In this document: positions 19,068 to 27,919 of the stretch, one piece after another | Layout: each line of letters opens with the position of its first letter | How positions within the stretch are numbered: position 1 is the stretch's first letter | Program-made: the position numbers and the translations under genes | The notes under the pieces: generated by a model | What the model was told of the DNA's origin: nothing | Database searches by the model: none | The model's input: the letters and a program-made list of their open reading frames with translations, nothing else | NCBI GenBank assembly: GCA_945860415.1 | Contig: CAMAQA010000005.1 | Span: 507-64,506, forward strand | From: Bacteriovorax stolpii | GTDB taxonomy: Bacteria; Bdellovibrionota; UBA1018 | Length of the DNA: 64,000 nt | Direction of reading: 5' to 3'

Positions 19068-20205
19068 TTAGACGTCGTCGGACCCGCCGCGGGCCCACTC
19101 ACCCGTCAGTCGGCAGGTCAGGTAGGCCTTGATGAATCCTTCGAGATCGCCGTCGAGAACCGGATCGGCCTGGTTCATCACGAACCCCGTGCGGTGGTCC
19201 TTCACCATCTTGTAGGGGTGCAGGACGTAGGACCGGATCTGGCTTCCCCAGGCGATATCCTTCTTCGCATCTTCGATGGCGGACTGTTTCTTGCGCTCGT
19301 CTTCCAAGTGGCGCTCATAAATTCGCGAACGAAGGACCTTCATGGCGAGGTCCTTGTTCTTGATCTGCGAGCGTTCCTGCTGACAGGCGACCACGATGCC
19401 GGTTGGCAAGTGGGTCAGGCGCACGGCGGAGTCGGTCGTGTTGACGCCCTGTCCGCCCTTTCCGCCGGCTCGGTAGACATCGACACGGAGGTCATCAGGC
19501 TTGATGACCACTTCAAAATTGTCGTCGATTTCCGGGCTGATGAAAACGGACGTGAAGGATGTATGGCGACGGGCGTTCGAATCGAACGGCGAAATGCGCA
19601 CCAGACGGTGCACACCGGCTTCAGACTTGAGCCGACCGTAGGCGTACTCGCCCACGATCTGGGCCGTCACGTTCTTGAGGCCGGCCTCTTCGCCGGGCAG
19701 CACATCGAGCACGTTGAACTTAAAGCCGTTCTTCTCCGCCCAGCGCTGGTACATGCGAAAAAGCATCGAAGCCCAGTCCTGCGACTCGGTTCCGCCCGCT
19801 CCGGCGTTGATGGTCAGGATGGCGTTGAGCGGGTCCTGCTCCTCGGAGAGCATCTTCTGGAACTCCGCCTGATCGAACTGGCTGGCCAGTCCGGCGATCA
19901 TTTCGCCCGCTTCGTTCAGGGTCGAGTCATCGGCCATTTCCTGGGCGAGCTCGAACATGGTGAGCGCGTCGGAGTACCCCTGCTCGAGCGTCTGGAACTG
20001 ACTCACCTCGCGTTCGAGGCGCGCCTTTTCCTGCGTCAGGCTTCGAGCCTTCCGGTTGTCGCTCCAAAAATCCGGCTGCTGCGAGAGATCGTCGAGTTCG
20101 GCAATGCGTCGCGATTTGACCGGCAGGTCAAAGCGACCCCCTAAGGAAATCGAGCTTTTCCTTCATCTCGGCCAGGCGAGTGCGAATTTCATGGGGTTGA
20201 AGCAT
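19068..20205 (-). CDS. prfB: Peptide chain release factor 2, two frames joined by a +1 programmed frameshift (20205-20131 + 20129-19068)
   Basis: SPF and GGQ motifs; upstream 25-codon ORF MLQPHEIRTRLAEMKEKLDFLRGSL ending in CTT TGA C. Confidence 0.96.
20127..20142 (-). promoter_or_regulatory. RF2 autoregulatory frameshift site
   Basis: Minus strand AGGGGG-tcg-CTTTGAC, the canonical internal SD plus slippery stop. Confidence 0.95.
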
Positions 20206-20267
20206 GGATCTGGTTTTAGGGGAACCGCGCTCGATTTGCAATCTTGGGGACGGGCGGCTCTCGCGCG

Positions 20268-20783
20268 CTATTTGCGAATTCGAGCTTCGAAGGCGCGGAT
20301 CGACAGCACATTGCCCCAGGTCTCCACCGACTCGGTCGGCACGGAGATCTTTCCCTTCTCGATTTTCAGGAACGGAGCCGAGCAGTATCCGGTCAGCACT
20401 CCGTGGTTCTCGGGCGTGGACTCTCCGATGAAAAAAATCGCTCGGTCGCCGGATTTCGGAAGTGCGGGACGCCCCAAGCAGATGCCATCCCAGCGGATCC
20501 GTAGCGGTACTTTTCTTCCCTTTTTCGCGGCCTGTTTGGACGGCTTTTTCAGCCAACGCTCGACGCGCACCTCGATCGCCGCCTCGCCTGCACCGCGCTT
20601 TTCGGCGCTCTGGGGATACTCCGAAACCAGCGCCACTTTTCCGAGGAGGACCGCCTGCGCCCGGCTGAGTGAAGTGTCGATCGGATCACCGAGGCAGGGC
20701 TTGCAGGCGTGGGCCGGGTGGAGCGGGAAGGCCGAAATCAGGGCCGCAGAAAGGAACAGAGTGAATCGGAACCGGAGCTTCAT
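20268..20783 (-). CDS. Secreted Cys-containing protein, possibly TIMP/NTR-like
   Basis: Signal peptide ending AHA, then CKPC and AQAVLLGKV. Confidence 0.5.
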   Translation of the reverse strand: MKLRFRFTLFLSAALISAFPLHPAHACKPCLGDPIDTSLSRAQAVLLGKVALVSEYPQSAEKRGAGEAAIEVRVERWLKKPSKQAAKKGRKVPLRIRWDGICLGRPALPKSGDRAIFFIGESTPENHGVLTGYCSAPFLKIEKGKISVPTESVETWGNVLSIRAFEARIRK

Positions 20784-20857
20784 GCTCCTCATTATTACAG
20801 GTGCTTAGCTGGCCTTAGAAGAGCTTAGTCGCCTGACCCAGCCCCTCGCGCTAGATT

Positions 20858-21955
20858 GTGCGCCAGAAACGCACTGCTCTTCTCGCGGCCTTCGCCACCC
20901 TGACCACGCTTGCCTCGCTGGCTTCGGCTCACGCGCGCGAGGCGGCGATCCATACTCTCGAGATCCAGAAGATGCCTCGGGCATTGGTCATACTCGACCA
21001 CGTTGAAATCTTCACTCCGTTGCAGAAGCTGGAAACCGTCACGGTCGGCATCGCCACGATCACCAGAACGACCGGATCCGACTGGGACATCCTGGTGGGA
21101 GGCCGAGGACTCCAGGTCGAGGTCACCCGCACCTTGCGCGATGACGCCCTGGTTTCTGCCCTGAAGAAATGGAAGCGACTCCTTCCTGGAAAACAGCTCC
21201 AGCCGTTTCAGCATCTGGATGATGCGGGAAGGCCCGGAACCGCAGTTTCAGTGCATACCTCCCGCAGAATGGTCGTGTCGGCTTTGTTTCCATTTTTGCT
21301 GCGCCAAGGAGACGGCAATGCTTTCGCAGTTCCGACTCAGCTGACGACGCAGGAGCTCGAGGCCTTTTTGTCCGTGAATCCAGAGCTTCAGCAAAAGCTG
21401 TCGGGATTGGGCGCCGACCAGATTCGATTCGCTCCGCGCACACTCGCTCCAGCAGAACTTGAAATCATTCCGGACCCCCAGGATCTGGTCGACTATCGGC
21501 CTTCGGCAGTCATGGGCGTCGTGAAGACCGAAAAGGAAAAGCAGGAGCTGGCCAGCTGCCGCCAGGCGGCGCGCGATCTTCTTCAGAATGCTGCGAATCC
21601 GATTCCGGCGGGCGTTCCGCTGAATATCGTGCTGGCTCCGGTGAATCTCAACTGCGCGGTGCTGATCCTGCAACAGGAACTCGGCACCAGCCTGAGCGGG
21701 TACCAACTTCGCCTTTCAGCAGAGGGCTCGACGCCGTATCGGCGCACCGTGCCCGTGGAACTCATGGCCACCGGAGTGGGTAGCCTCTTTGACGCCGGCT
21801 CCGTCGGCCTCGACTCTGCCGAACTCTCCGGAGTGACCGTTTCGCTCGACGCCGTCATTCACCAGGACCAGTGCTTCATTCCCGAAGCATCGCTGGTTGA
21901 GCCGGTATTGAAGCAGGCCGAGCAGCTCGTCCTCCGCAAGCTGCATCAAAAATGA
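20858..21955 (+). CDS. Secreted hypothetical protein
   Basis: 365 aa with signal peptide ending AHA. Confidence 0.65.
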   Translation: MRQKRTALLAAFATLTTLASLASAHAREAAIHTLEIQKMPRALVILDHVEIFTPLQKLETVTVGIATITRTTGSDWDILVGGRGLQVEVTRTLRDDALVSALKKWKRLLPGKQLQPFQHLDDAGRPGTAVSVHTSRRMVVSALFPFLLRQGDGNAFAVPTQLTTQELEAFLSVNPELQQKLSGLGADQIRFAPRTLAPAELEIIPDPQDLVDYRPSAVMGVVKTEKEKQELASCRQAARDLLQNAANPIPAGVPLNIVLAPVNLNCAVLILQQELGTSLSGYQLRLSAEGSTPYRRTVPVELMATGVGSLFDAGSVGLDSAELSGVTVSLDAVIHQDQCFIPEASLVEPVLKQAEQLVLRKLHQK

Positions 21956-21984
21956 CGCAGATCTGAACCAAAAGGTGGGCCCGA

Positions 21985-22518
21985 CTATTTCGCGCGGCCG
22001 ATCAGGCTGCGCTCGTGCGGAATGTCGGTGAAGGCCAGCAGGCGCGCCTCCCAGGTGTGCTGTTCCTTTGCCGCCTTGGCACTCTCTTCGTGATCCATCC
22101 CGAGCAGGTGCAGGAGTCCGTGCGTGAGCAGGATCCAGAGCTCCGCTTCGGCCGAGTGATGATGCTCGCGCGCCTGGCGCTTGAGCACCGGAAGCGCGAT
22201 GGCGAGTTCACCGAGGTATCCCATGCTCCGGAACGGCTCGGGCGAGGTGAAGCTGAGCACGTCGGTGGCGTAGTCCTTCTTGCGGTAGTGGGCGTTGAGC
22301 TTCTTCATCTCGGCATTTCCAACGAGGCGGACACCGACGCGCCACTCGCCGGTCTTGGGTCCGCGCTTTCTCAGTGCCGGAAAATGAAGCGCAAAATCGA
22401 TGAGGTCTTCGATCGCGCGCTCGGCCTTGCGGTTCCAGGTGGCGAGGTCGCGGGAGACGGCTGGATTTTTTGGGGATTTCTTTGGGGAGAGCTTCTTCGA
22501 CGCGGTTTTTCGGGCCAT
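21985..22518 (-). CDS. ybeY: rRNA maturation endoribonuclease YbeY
   Basis: LNAHYRKKDYATDVLSF and HGLLHLLGMDH motifs. Confidence 0.95.
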   Translation of the reverse strand: MARKTASKKLSPKKSPKNPAVSRDLATWNRKAERAIEDLIDFALHFPALRKRGPKTGEWRVGVRLVGNAEMKKLNAHYRKKDYATDVLSFTSPEPFRSMGYLGELAIALPVLKRQAREHHHSAEAELWILLTHGLLHLLGMDHEESAKAAKEQHTWEARLLAFTDIPHERSLIGRAK

Positions 22519-22629
22519 GGGCGGAGCCTATCACAGGGCATCGCGAAAGGAACCAGACCGGGCAGCCCTCATCCTGAGAGACTCCGAGTTCAATGCTGTA
22601 CCCGGGCCCTCCTCAGTCTGCGGTGGTCG

Positions 22630-22761
22630 TCAACAATGAGGGATCAGTGCCGTGAGAAGAACCAGAACCCTGACGAAAACGACCAGTCGCCATTTGATGG
22701 ATTCAAGTTTTCTCTCGGCCTTCCGATGAGAACAACAGTTTCTTGGTCTGTTGTTTTTCAT
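22630..22761 (-). CDS. 43-aa basic/hydrophobic peptide, candidate type I toxin
   Basis: MKNNRPRNCCSHRKAERKLESIKWRLVVFVRVLVLLTALIPHC, preceded by the extended SD AGAAAGGAGGTGATCC. Confidence 0.6.
   Translation of the reverse strand: MKNNRPRNCCSHRKAERKLESIKWRLVVFVRVLVLLTALIPHC
22703..22729 (+). promoter_or_regulatory. Putative sigma28 (FliA) promoter antisense to the small ORF
   Basis: TCAAGTTT-N11-TCCGATGA versus consensus TAAAGTTT-N11-GCCGATAA. Confidence 0.6.
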
Positions 22762-22800
22762 AGGATCACCTCCTTTCTGTCTGGGAAAGGAGGTCCACCC
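22736..22800 (+). ncRNA. Candidate antisense antitoxin RNA (ends approximate)
   Basis: Would start just after the sigma28 -10 box and cover the peptide's ATG and the SD hairpin (22768-22794). Confidence 0.4.
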
Positions 22801-22834
22801 ATCTACTCTGCCTGGTCTGGCCGGGCGCTCCAAA

Positions 22835-22850
22835 AGCAAGGTCGATACCA
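22835..22850 (-). promoter_or_regulatory. Putative sigma54 promoter of the structured mRNA
   Basis: Minus strand TGGTATCGACCTTGCT = GG-N10-GC; predicted +1 (~22824-22822) coincides with the 5' stem arm. Confidence 0.65.
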
Positions 22851-22978
22851 CTTGAAACCCTGAAAAGACCGCTCTGTGCGATCAGGTGCGGCACTCTCTC
22901 TGTTGTCCCGGACTCCACGTCGTGGTTCCGGACCAAAAACCGGCTGCATCCCCCCCTTCCCTGCGCTACATCCAAGGC

Positions 22979-24001
22979 ATGCCCGACACGACGAAGACCC
23001 CGGCCGCTCCGCTTCCGATCTCACCGCAGCAGATCGAGGCGCTGACCCACATGATCCAGACCGTGCACCGGCTTCGTGCTCCGGGTGGATGCCCGTGGGA
23101 CATGAAACAAACCCATCAGTCGCTTCGCCAGTACGTCATTGAGGAAGCGTACGAGGTGCTCGACGTCCTCGACCGCATCGAGTCTTCCGAGAAGCTCAAG
23201 TCCGACCCCGCTCTTGCGGCCACCTTCCAGGAAGAACTGGGCGACCTGCTCCTACAGGTGGTGCTGCATTCCGAAATCGCCTCCGAAACCGGAACGCTCG
23301 ATATTTTCAGCGTGGCGCAGGGCTTGGCCGACAAGCTGATCCGCCGCCATCCGCATGTGTTCGGCGAAGTCAAAGTCGAGGGCGCCGAGGGCGTGCTTCA
23401 GAACTGGGAAAAACAGAAGGCTGCCGAAAAGGCGGCAAAGAGCGCCGAAGCGAGCGTGCTCGATGGCCTGCCTCGGAGCATGCCCGCGCTCCAGCGCACC
23501 ACACGCCTGATCGACAAGGTCACGCGCGTCGGTTTCCAGTGGAACGATCTGAACGGTCCGCTCGACAAGCTGGCGGAGGAACTGGGCGAATTCCAGCACG
23601 AGGTGCGCGAGCTCGAGGCAGCGCAAAAGGCCGCCGCAGGCCAGCCCGCTTCGGGCAGCCCAACCGCTGAAGATCTGCGAAGGAAGGCACAGGCGGAGCT
23701 CGGTGACCTGCTCTTCAGTCTTTGCAATATCGGCTTCCTGCTGAAGCTCGATCCGGAAGATGCGCTCCGCGGAACACTCCACCGTTTTGAGGGCCGCTTT
23801 CGCCATGTCGAGAAGCGCTTGCGCGAGAACGGCAAAAAACCGGAAGAGTCCACCCTGGAGGAAATGGATCGCTACTGGGATGAAGCCAAGCGACTCGATC
23901 GCTCCGGCGCCGAAGCTCCACCGGCACGCCCCGCCGGAGAACAACCGGCCCGCGCCGGTTCGGGAGACCAGGCCCGCGCCGGTTCGGGAGACCCCAAGTG
24001 A
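22979..24001 (+). CDS. mazG: Nucleoside triphosphate pyrophosphohydrolase MazG
   Basis: LRAPGGCPWD, EEAYEV, EELGDLL, KLIRRHPHVF and a second EELGE/ELGDLLF module. Confidence 0.95.
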   Translation: MPDTTKTPAAPLPISPQQIEALTHMIQTVHRLRAPGGCPWDMKQTHQSLRQYVIEEAYEVLDVLDRIESSEKLKSDPALAATFQEELGDLLLQVVLHSEIASETGTLDIFSVAQGLADKLIRRHPHVFGEVKVEGAEGVLQNWEKQKAAEKAAKSAEASVLDGLPRSMPALQRTTRLIDKVTRVGFQWNDLNGPLDKLAEELGEFQHEVRELEAAQKAAAGQPASGSPTAEDLRRKAQAELGDLLFSLCNIGFLLKLDPEDALRGTLHRFEGRFRHVEKRLRENGKKPEESTLEEMDRYWDEAKRLDRSGAEAPPARPAGEQPARAGSGDQARAGSGDPK

Positions 24002-24606
24002 GCTCGCCGTTTCCGATTCCGGTCATCGGTCTCACGGGCGGAATCGCCTCGGGCAAGTCGCTCGTCGCGAAGATCCTTCGCGAGAGAGCGAACATTCCGG
24101 TGCTCGACGCCGACCAGATTTCGCGCGACCTGTCGTCTCCGGATGGAGCCGCCGCAAGCGCGATCCTGCAGGCCTTCGGCACGCTCGACCGTGCGCAGCT
24201 TCGGAAAAAGATTTTCGGCGACGCGGCGGCGCGCGCGCAGCTTGAAGCCATCCTGCATCCGCTGATTCGTGCTGAGAGCATCCGAGAAATTTCGGACCTG
24301 GCGCGTGCCGGAGCACGGCTCGCGTTCTATGAAGCCACCCTGCTCGTCGAAACGGGGCGCTACCGCGACTTCGACGGGCTCCTCGTGGTCGAGGCCCCCC
24401 TCGAAACACGAATCGATCGCGTGAGCGCCCGCGACGGCATCTCTCGCACGCAGGCACTGTCGATCATCCAGGCCCAGGCCAGGGATGATGCCCGCCGCAA
24501 GGCGGCCACTTGGACCATCGAAAATTCAGGTGCGATCGCCGAACTCGAAGCACGCGTGCTCGAACTCCTGTCCGAGATCATCGCCCACGTCGGCAGCGGT
24601 CGCTGA
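23998..24606 (+). CDS. coaE: Dephospho-CoA kinase
   Basis: IGLTGGIASGKS, DADQISR, LEAILHPLIR. Confidence 0.95.
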   Translation: MSSPFPIPVIGLTGGIASGKSLVAKILRERANIPVLDADQISRDLSSPDGAAASAILQAFGTLDRAQLRKKIFGDAAARAQLEAILHPLIRAESIREISDLARAGARLAFYEATLLVETGRYRDFDGLLVVEAPLETRIDRVSARDGISRTQALSIIQAQARDDARRKAATWTIENSGAIAELEARVLELLSEIIAHVGSGR

Positions 24607-24630
24607 GCGGGTCACGCCCATCGGGGCGTC

Positions 24631-26328
24631 TCAGGCGGTGACAGCTGCCCGAAGCAGGCGTCCCCAGTGCTGCGGCGAAAGCCACGCGAACTGGCCGATC
24701 AGGTGCCAGCAGCTCGGAGCCTTCACGCGCGCCTTCGAGGTCAGGACGAACCGGCCATTCGAGCTCTGGATCGCGCTGCCGTAATGCTTGAAGAAGAACG
24801 ACGTCTGCCGGGCCAGATGCTTCTCCGGCATCGCACCGACGAAGCCGCTCCATACCTTGAGCCCTCGATTGAGCTTCGCCAGGCCGCCGGAGAGCTCGTC
24901 AGCCTTCTTCTCCAGAAGCTCGGTCACCTTCGCCGCGAACGTGGGCGACTGCATCGCTGCCGCGACGTCTCCCCCACTCTGCTCAACCGCCTCGCGGAGC
25001 ACGCTGCGATAGCCCTCGGCGCCACCCACCTGGGCGAGAATCGCCTCCGGAAGCATCTGCTCATTTTCCATGAACAGAAGTTCCGTCGCGGTGCGCTCGC
25101 GCAGGATCTTCAGATCCTCGTCCGAAATCGCGCCGTAGCGCTCAAGATCACGGTACGAGATGATTCCGAAGTCGAGCTCGCTCCGTGCGCGTTCAATCTT
25201 TTTCAGCGTGGAATCACTGAGCCCCAGCACCCGGAGCTCGGAGTCGGCAGCAGAGTTCAGGAGCACTCGCGCGATATCCTGGTCACGCGCCTGCCGGATC
25301 GTCGTCTGATAGACTTCCTGGAAGACCTTTTCGTAATCCGCAGTGATGCCGTATTCCTTCTTCAGATTGTCGGTTGCCCGCTTGAGCACGTTGCCGAAGG
25401 ACTTTGCCTGAGAGTCGGCGTCGCGAGCCGTGTAGCTGAACGGGTCATAAGACCCTTCGCCAAAGTCGACCATTTCGCCGATTCCGATATTGCTCTCCGT
25501 CTGCGAGCCGTGCTTGAAGCCGACATATTCCTTGAGCGCGATCGCGCGAGCGGTTCGACGCACGAGCCAATCTGAGAATTCTTCGGGCGACATCTTCTTG
25601 CCCACTTCGTCCTGGAGCAGCAATGAGAGGTGATCGACCGTCTGCCGCAGCTGCGGCCCCTTGCGATCAATCAGATCGTTCATGCGATGCGCCGTTCGAC
25701 TGATCCGGATGAAATTGGCCTGCTTTCCCGGGCGCTCGAAAGTGATCGCGCCGACGTACGAGTCGACGCCCTTCTCATTCAGCACCGACGACATCAGCGT
25801 GTCGCGAAGCGCCTCGGAAAGCTCCAGGCTTCCCTTTGGCTGGTGCTGCTTTCCAGAAATCGTGTTGCCGCCGTAGCCTTTCAGGGTGAGGCCCTTCATC
25901 GGCCTGCCGTTGTAAACCAGGAACGCCTGGCCGGGCTCGGTGGCCTCCCAGATTCCGGCGCGGCCGACTCCCTGAGAGACATAGAAAAATGGCCCATGGG
26001 CAGGCGCGGCCTTTGGGTCGGCCACGGTGCGGACTGCAAACGTATCGAGGAGCTTTTGCATGTCGCTCTTCGACGGATCAGCATCGTTCCAACCCGGCAG
26101 ATTGACCTTTTGTCCGGCAAGACTGGTGTTCGGATGAACCACCCACTGTTCCACTTTCGTGTCCACCTTCTCCACGGGCTGGACCACGGTGCCGGGCACT
26201 GATCGAAGATCATGCAGCGTCGGCAGGTCGGCTGCCGATGCGGTGGACGTGACCGCAAGCAGGGCACTGACGAATGCGGCACCCCAGAGATGCCAGTTGG
26301 GCCGAACGGCGATGAGCGACTTTTTCAT
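24631..26328 (-). CDS. Secreted SelO/YdiU-like kinase-fold protein with a ComEA-like HhH domain
   Basis: SD CAGGAGG; signal peptide ending ASA; motifs GVGRA, LTLKGYG, GSLELSEALRD.LMS..L...GV and GFKHGSQTESNIGIGEMVDFG; later LLNSAADSEL..LGLS...SYRDLERYGAIS. Confidence 0.55.
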   Translation of the reverse strand: MKKSLIAVRPNWHLWGAAFVSALLAVTSTASAADLPTLHDLRSVPGTVVQPVEKVDTKVEQWVVHPNTSLAGQKVNLPGWNDADPSKSDMQKLLDTFAVRTVADPKAAPAHGPFFYVSQGVGRAGIWEATEPGQAFLVYNGRPMKGLTLKGYGGNTISGKQHQPKGSLELSEALRDTLMSSVLNEKGVDSYVGAITFERPGKQANFIRISRTAHRMNDLIDRKGPQLRQTVDHLSLLLQDEVGKKMSPEEFSDWLVRRTARAIALKEYVGFKHGSQTESNIGIGEMVDFGEGSYDPFSYTARDADSQAKSFGNVLKRATDNLKKEYGITADYEKVFQEVYQTTIRQARDQDIARVLLNSAADSELRVLGLSDSTLKKIERARSELDFGIISYRDLERYGAISDEDLKILRERTATELLFMENEQMLPEAILAQVGGAEGYRSVLREAVEQSGGDVAAAMQSPTFAAKVTELLEKKADELSGGLAKLNRGLKVWSGFVGAMPEKHLARQTSFFFKHYGSAIQSSNGRFVLTSKARVKAPSCWHLIGQFAWLSPQHWGRLLRAAVTA

Positions 26329-26346
26329 CCGAAGAACCTCCTGCAC

Positions 26347-27897
26347 TTAGAATCCAAAACTGATGACCGAAAACGCGCCCGGGCAATGCAGCTGAGGCTT
26401 GCCATCAGCGAGGTAACCCTGTGCCTGCAGCACGCTGCGAAGCTCCTTGCGAAGGGACGCATCGTCCTGATGTTTCGCGAACGCTTCCAGCATCGCCTTG
26501 CGCGCGGCATCGTTGAGCACTGCCACGCGCTGGGGCTTGTAAACCGCCAGCGGACCTTTTGCGCCGAGCTCACCAGAAACCTCGGAAAGCGTTCGGTGCG
26601 AGGCCACTCCGAGCACGGCGCGATTGGCGTTGAGCGGAAAGGGGTTCAGCGAATCTCCGACATCCATGAGCGAGAAATAATCCGGGGTCACTCCGTAGTC
26701 CGCCCAGCCCGGATCGGAGATGCCGACGAAGTTGTTCACCTTCCACTCGGTACCGGCAAACTTCACCTCCCTCTTCGGAATCGAATCCGACCAGCCGTTC
26801 TTTTCGAGATAATCATACGAGACGACCTGGTCGTAGATCACCGACTGAGGATTTCCTTTGATGTCGACGCGAACGAAACCGTGACCACCCTGCGGGTTGA
26901 CGGTGGTTCCGTTGAGATTCATTGCCTTGAGGCCCGAAGGCGTGCCGACGCCCTGGACCGCGAAGGTCAGAACCAGCGCCTGATCAAAGCACACGCCTCC
27001 ACCCGAGCACCTGAGGCCAATGCCCTGCCCGGACTTGGATGCCGCATTCCGGTTCATCTTGAAAAAACCGAAGATCGACTTCATCAGGGTCTTCTGCCTG
27101 GCCTCGATCTGTTCCGGCGAGGCGGTCCAGTCGATCTCGAAGTTCTTCCTGGCCATCTGATCCTTGAAGGAAGCCAGCTTCGCACGCCAGATCTCGTCCT
27201 TCGACCAGTCGAGCTTTTCTCCGAGCTGGTCCACCGGCTTGGAAGTCGTCGGGCTGTTCAGCCGATCCAGTTCCGCGCGCGTGAACACCCTTTGCACCGT
27301 CCGGTGCTGATACGTGTCCTTGTAGTAGTTGATGGTTCCTTTTTTTCCGTCGTACAGGGTGCCCTGGCGGTTCTCCATCTGCGACGGACCGTCATCGAGC
27401 GTCTCGACGACGAAGAACTCGGTATCGTTTTCGGTAATCGACTTCACGATGCGAGCGCGGTGGTTCACCTTGGCAACTCCGTATGGCATCTCGTCCTTGG
27501 CCTGAGCGGGAACCCAAACCACATCACCAGCGTCATAGCGAAACGCGCGCTCGAGGTACTTGAACTGCGCCTGGAGCTGCTTCTCGAGCTGTCCCGAGAG
27601 CTTGAAAGGTCCCGCAGTCGATCCGCGGGTCGTCTTCCAGTAGCCCATGTCATCCAGAAGCTGCCAGGCCGCCTCGGTTTCCTTGAGGGGCTTGCCTTCG
27701 GCCTGCTTGAGCAGGGCCAGTGCCTCATCCACGGTGTACTTGAACCGGGCAAAGTAATCGGATTCCGGTAGTCCTTGCTGGGGTTCCGGAAAATTGTACT
27801 TCGGCGGATTCGCTGATGCCGTGAGGGCTGTTGATGCCACCGACAAGGCCAATGCGCTCACGAACGCGTGCGACTTGAAAAATCGATCCACTCTCAT
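26347..27897 (-). CDS. Secreted transglutaminase-like (Cys-His-Asp) enzyme
   Basis: Signal peptide ending ASA; GGVCFDQA, GGHGFV and ISDPGW in catalytic order. Confidence 0.65.
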   Translation of the reverse strand: MRVDRFFKSHAFVSALALSVASTALTASANPPKYNFPEPQQGLPESDYFARFKYTVDEALALLKQAEGKPLKETEAAWQLLDDMGYWKTTRGSTAGPFKLSGQLEKQLQAQFKYLERAFRYDAGDVVWVPAQAKDEMPYGVAKVNHRARIVKSITENDTEFFVVETLDDGPSQMENRQGTLYDGKKGTINYYKDTYQHRTVQRVFTRAELDRLNSPTTSKPVDQLGEKLDWSKDEIWRAKLASFKDQMARKNFEIDWTASPEQIEARQKTLMKSIFGFFKMNRNAASKSGQGIGLRCSGGGVCFDQALVLTFAVQGVGTPSGLKAMNLNGTTVNPQGGHGFVRVDIKGNPQSVIYDQVVSYDYLEKNGWSDSIPKREVKFAGTEWKVNNFVGISDPGWADYGVTPDYFSLMDVGDSLNPFPLNANRAVLGVASHRTLSEVSGELGAKGPLAVYKPQRVAVLNDAARKAMLEAFAKHQDDASLRKELRSVLQAQGYLADGKPQLHCPGAFSVISFGF

Positions 27898-27919
27898 CCC
27901 AACCTCCAGGTCTGGAAGC

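Larger units (their letters stand above)
22551..22822 (-). other. Predicted highly structured ~275-nt mRNA (type I toxin-like) with paired 5' and 3' ends
   Basis: 5' GGCCAGACCAGGCAG (22822-22808) pairs with 3' CTGCCCGGTCTGGTT (22565-22551); nested 3' stems; SD-occluding hairpin. Confidence 0.6.

Noticed and set aside
19068-20205. prfB as a frameshifted pseudogene
   Set aside because: It has the canonical programmed +1 frameshift signal
22763-22778. 16S rRNA gene fragment (GGATCACCTCCTTTCT)
   Set aside because: No flanking rRNA sequence; explained as the complement of an extended SD
22551-22822. 6S RNA, tmRNA or RNase P RNA
   Set aside because: No tRNA-like ends or RNase P P4 signatures recognised; longer than a typical 6S and contains an SD-led ORF. 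An Rfam search is needed to exclude these formally.
23948-23995. Two 24-bp direct repeats at the mazG 3' end
   Set aside because: Short low-complexity tail duplication with no evidence of function
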